From the IMG/VR virus record IMGVR_UViG_3300009182_000042, positions 20,053 to 84,052 of that record: a DNA stretch of 64,000 bases. The stretch is one strand, 5' to 3'. This document shows, one piece after another, positions 62,501-64,000 of the stretch. The stretch comes from a virus. Made by a program: the position numbers and the translations under genes. The notes below the pieces were generated by a model. The model did not search any database. It was given only the letters and a program-made list of their open reading frames with translations, and was not told the DNA's origin. How positions within the stretch are numbered: position 1 is the first letter of the stretch; each line of letters starts with the position of its first letter.

Positions 62501-64000
62501 CTTGACCAGTTGGTATGGGGCAACAGTGCGCAGTGGAACATTTGATGAACAAAACGGTGTATTCTGGCAGTTTGATGGCAGTGTCATCAGCGCAGTAAAA
62601 AGATCAAGCACATTTCAGCTGGCGGGTACAATTTCGTTGAACACTGGATCTGGACAAGTGATTGGAACTAATACTCGCTTTACTGCTCAGTTGTTTGTGG
62701 GCGACCGAGTGGTGATCCGTGGTATGACTTATCATATCACACAAGTGCTGAACGACACACAACTGTTTGTGAACCCGCAATGGCGTGGGGCAGTCAATGT
62801 GGCTGGTATCAAATTTACCAAGGTCATTGACTATGTGATTCCACAAAGCCGCTGGAATCTGGATCGTTGCGATGGATCCAATGGAGCTTTTAACCCCAGC
62901 GGATATCAAATAAACCCAATCAAGATGCAGATGGTTGCAGTGCAATGGACTTGGTATGGTGCTGGATTTATTGACTGGATGCTACGTGGCCCAGACGGAA
63001 AATACATCACTTGCCATCGCTTGCGCAACAACAACTTGAACAATGAAGCATGGATGCGTACCGGTAACATGCCAGTGCGTTATGAAGTATTGAACGAAAG
63101 CGCCCGTAGTTTTGTTGTGGGCAGTGTAAATGTCAGTGCAACAGACACTGTGATCCCTTTGAATGATGTCAGCTTGTTTCCTACTCCAGCCGCACTGAAC
63201 GTGTGTACAGTTTTTGTAGATAACGAATTGATCAATTACACCGGCAAAGTGTATGCTTATTTGATAAGCACACAAGCATCGGGCAACACAGTTACCATGG
63301 ACAACACCACCAACATGGCAGTGGGTCAGCCCATAGTGTTTATCAACCCCAATGTTTATACCAATATGGGCAACATAGTATTGGGTACCACTTATTACAT
63401 AGCCAGTGTGAGCGGTGTGACGATTCAGATCAGTACAACCAATGTGAACCCTGCTGGCAATGTCTTTACTCAAGTTAACTATCAACAGTTTCCAGCCAAC
63501 GGTTATGCCTATGCGCACAGTTTGATTGGTTGCACAAGATCACAATCCATGTCACCGTGGGCCACTGGTGGATACAAAGCATTTACAGCAGGTGCTGCCG
63601 CCACACATACACCACAAACTGGAGTGATCTTGGTCAACAACAGTGCCAGCCCAGTCATCAGCCATTGGGGTGCGGCATTTATTGAAGACGGCGGATTTGA
63701 CTCGGATCGTTCATACATTTTCAACTATCAAGTTACCAACGTGAACATCTCAACCAAGAAAAACACAGCGTTTGCCATTCGACTGGCACCCAGTGTGAGC
63801 AATGCGCTGCCTGGGGATCTTGGCAATCGTGAACTGATCAATCGTGCCAGTTTCTTGCTACAACAGCTGGAATCATCATCAGGTACTGGTGGTACCAACG
63901 CGGCCATTGTGGTTGAGGGTGTGTTGAATCCCAGCAATTATCCCGCACTCACAAACATACAGTTCAACAGTTTGAGTTCAGCTGTGAACCCAACCGGACA
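59586..64000 (+). CDS. Large virion structural protein (>1470 aa, runs off the window; not in ORF track)
   Basis: MAKSQIRQYVFTPG...DAFERQRVAAPQSLLDADFEYGMQPTKW...HRPFDGGVQL...RMSKKYIRYQSGK...WTWYGAG. Same frame at the start, middle and end where I checked, and the track reports no stop-terminated ORF from this ATG. Confidence 0.8.
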   Translation, partial: MAKSQIRQYVFTPGAAGAGTIEIPGKYDLQQFLVITNTTRNVILYNFADSAFAGTQISFTRAADIVNYPTALDNADGYTLMTLAVSTVGMSASDTIQIFYEQPFQYVRSPEIGTDAFERQRVAAPQSLLDADFEYGMQPTKWLTISQMRNYPATYEVPGTDLAVTSAISDASSTTGGANTAESLITITTSIAHGYAVGQPFTIVGMNSAFTGFDRAEGTFIVYTVPTTTTFTYIAKGKVGFNNGDSIGTAFTQLRQAGFYSGSNINAVINLTASATNASGYLITLNSVTGLAVNSPITFQSVTTNCIATNVNGNISMGTTVGMIAGMPLAFSGINFGGLITGTTYYVLTVVDARTVTLSLVPSGPQFFPTSTAIGGNMYVVGGGSFGNIIAGTQYYISSIVSNQVSISTNITFTTTITATTALNNAVRFGTTVNMTVGEYINISGTTIGNLPAGFYYVYAILDSNYAQLSVTSPTSLNGMSLLAQTTATGTMTAVAGQSVPLTTATGYLWGVAVCPPTFTYTTPVNATQFTGTTSGNVLTVGSVTFGTIAGGQGLLGGGGAVPSSTGIIAQLTPTGASAAASPTIISGGAAGTFTATVSSVTNIQVGQIVTGVGIGVTVFVQAINGTVVTLTRAFTAAASGTYNFYASGGLGTYSISTASSLSGTFFTVTSGAVITVNTNSPHGFVPGATINVITSSENGFNNNTLANGPFFVESTPSTTQFTYTARAPGVISGTISGTLYARPDSFYQHRPFDGGVQLGTGLPAYGAHAIRMSKKYIRYQSGKSINFNTGLLMAPNYFVRSAIATGTSYVTNLNITNITTGGVATITSGTYTQGQAIVVNSLTLNGAIGFTTGIYYSCTSGTTTTITLANSYVNATAATPVPITTVTTTGAVSASNVTAAQVITIITDDVDHGCQIGAGVNLLGVVTSGYNGNYTVAGIVDERSVQLISQRTLGSAGGVTGAVVSDPALMSLTSWYGATVRSGTFDEQNGVFWQFDGSVISAVKRSSTFQLAGTISLNTGSGQVIGTNTRFTAQLFVGDRVVIRGMTYHITQVLNDTQLFVNPQWRGAVNVAGIKFTKVIDYVIPQSRWNLDRCDGSNGAFNPSGYQINPIKMQMVAVQWTWYGAGFIDWMLRGPDGKYITCHRLRNNNLNNEAWMRTGNMPVRYEVLNESARSFVVGSVNVSATDTVIPLNDVSLFPTPAALNVCTVFVDNELINYTGKVYAYLISTQASGNTVTMDNTTNMAVGQPIVFINPNVYTNMGNIVLGTTYYIASVSGVTIQISTTNVNPAGNVFTQVNYQQFPANGYAYAHSLIGCTRSQSMSPWATGGYKAFTAGAAATHTPQTGVILVNNSASPVISHWGAAFIEDGGFDSDRSYIFNYQVTNVNISTKKNTAFAIRLAPSVSNALPGDLGNRELINRASFLLQQLESSSGTGGTNAAIVVEGVLNPSNYPALTNIQFNSLSSAVNPTG

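Noticed and set aside
1-64000. Stop-codon reassignment as seen in some large phages
   Set aside because: Core genes are full-length in the standard code; TAA, TGA and occasionally TAG all end genes at sensible positions.
1-64000. tRNA or rRNA genes
   Set aside because: Intergenic gaps are short and I saw no cloverleaf with a T-loop GTTCRA motif in them; tRNAscan-SE would be decisive.

Overview
This window is a 64-kb piece of a large T4-like (contractile-tailed, probably jumbo) phage genome; I see no bacterial housekeeping genes, tRNA/rRNA, CRISPR or IS elements. From left to right it carries: (1) 1-15.6 kb, giant Thr/Gly/Ser-rich tail-fibre-like virion proteins, including one of 4114 aa and an S74-chaperone fibre; (2) 15.6-19.8 kb, an unusual cassette of a 173-aa Asn/Cys-rich protein, a radical SAM/SPASM enzyme, an unknown protein and a degenerate flavin-dependent halogenase-like protein; (3) 19.8-34.8 kb, Nudix, neck/tail-completion genes (gp15/14/13), dNMP kinase, sheath, tube, gp4, TerS-like and TerL; (4) 34.8-40.9 kb, probable head-associated proteins; (5) 41-55.5 kb, replication/recombination genes (gp32, UvsX, UvsY, UvsW, primase, helicase) mixed with two 2OG-Fe(II) oxygenases, a 193-aa mini-DnaE and a NodU/TobZ-family carbamoyltransferase; (6) 56-64 kb, more fibre genes, one frameshifted and one (59586 to window end) missing from the ORF track. 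Both T4-like late promoters (core TAAATA) and sigma70 promoters are visible, and many lie only 4-7 nt before an ATG. The best candidate for a new system is the RiPP-like pair (Cys-rich protein plus 7-Cys SPASM radical SAM enzyme) in the late tail-fibre operon. The Cys-rich protein sits where a fibre-tip adhesin would be, which suggests enzymatic thioether stapling of a virion protein. All family assignments come from motifs recognised by eye; no searches were run.
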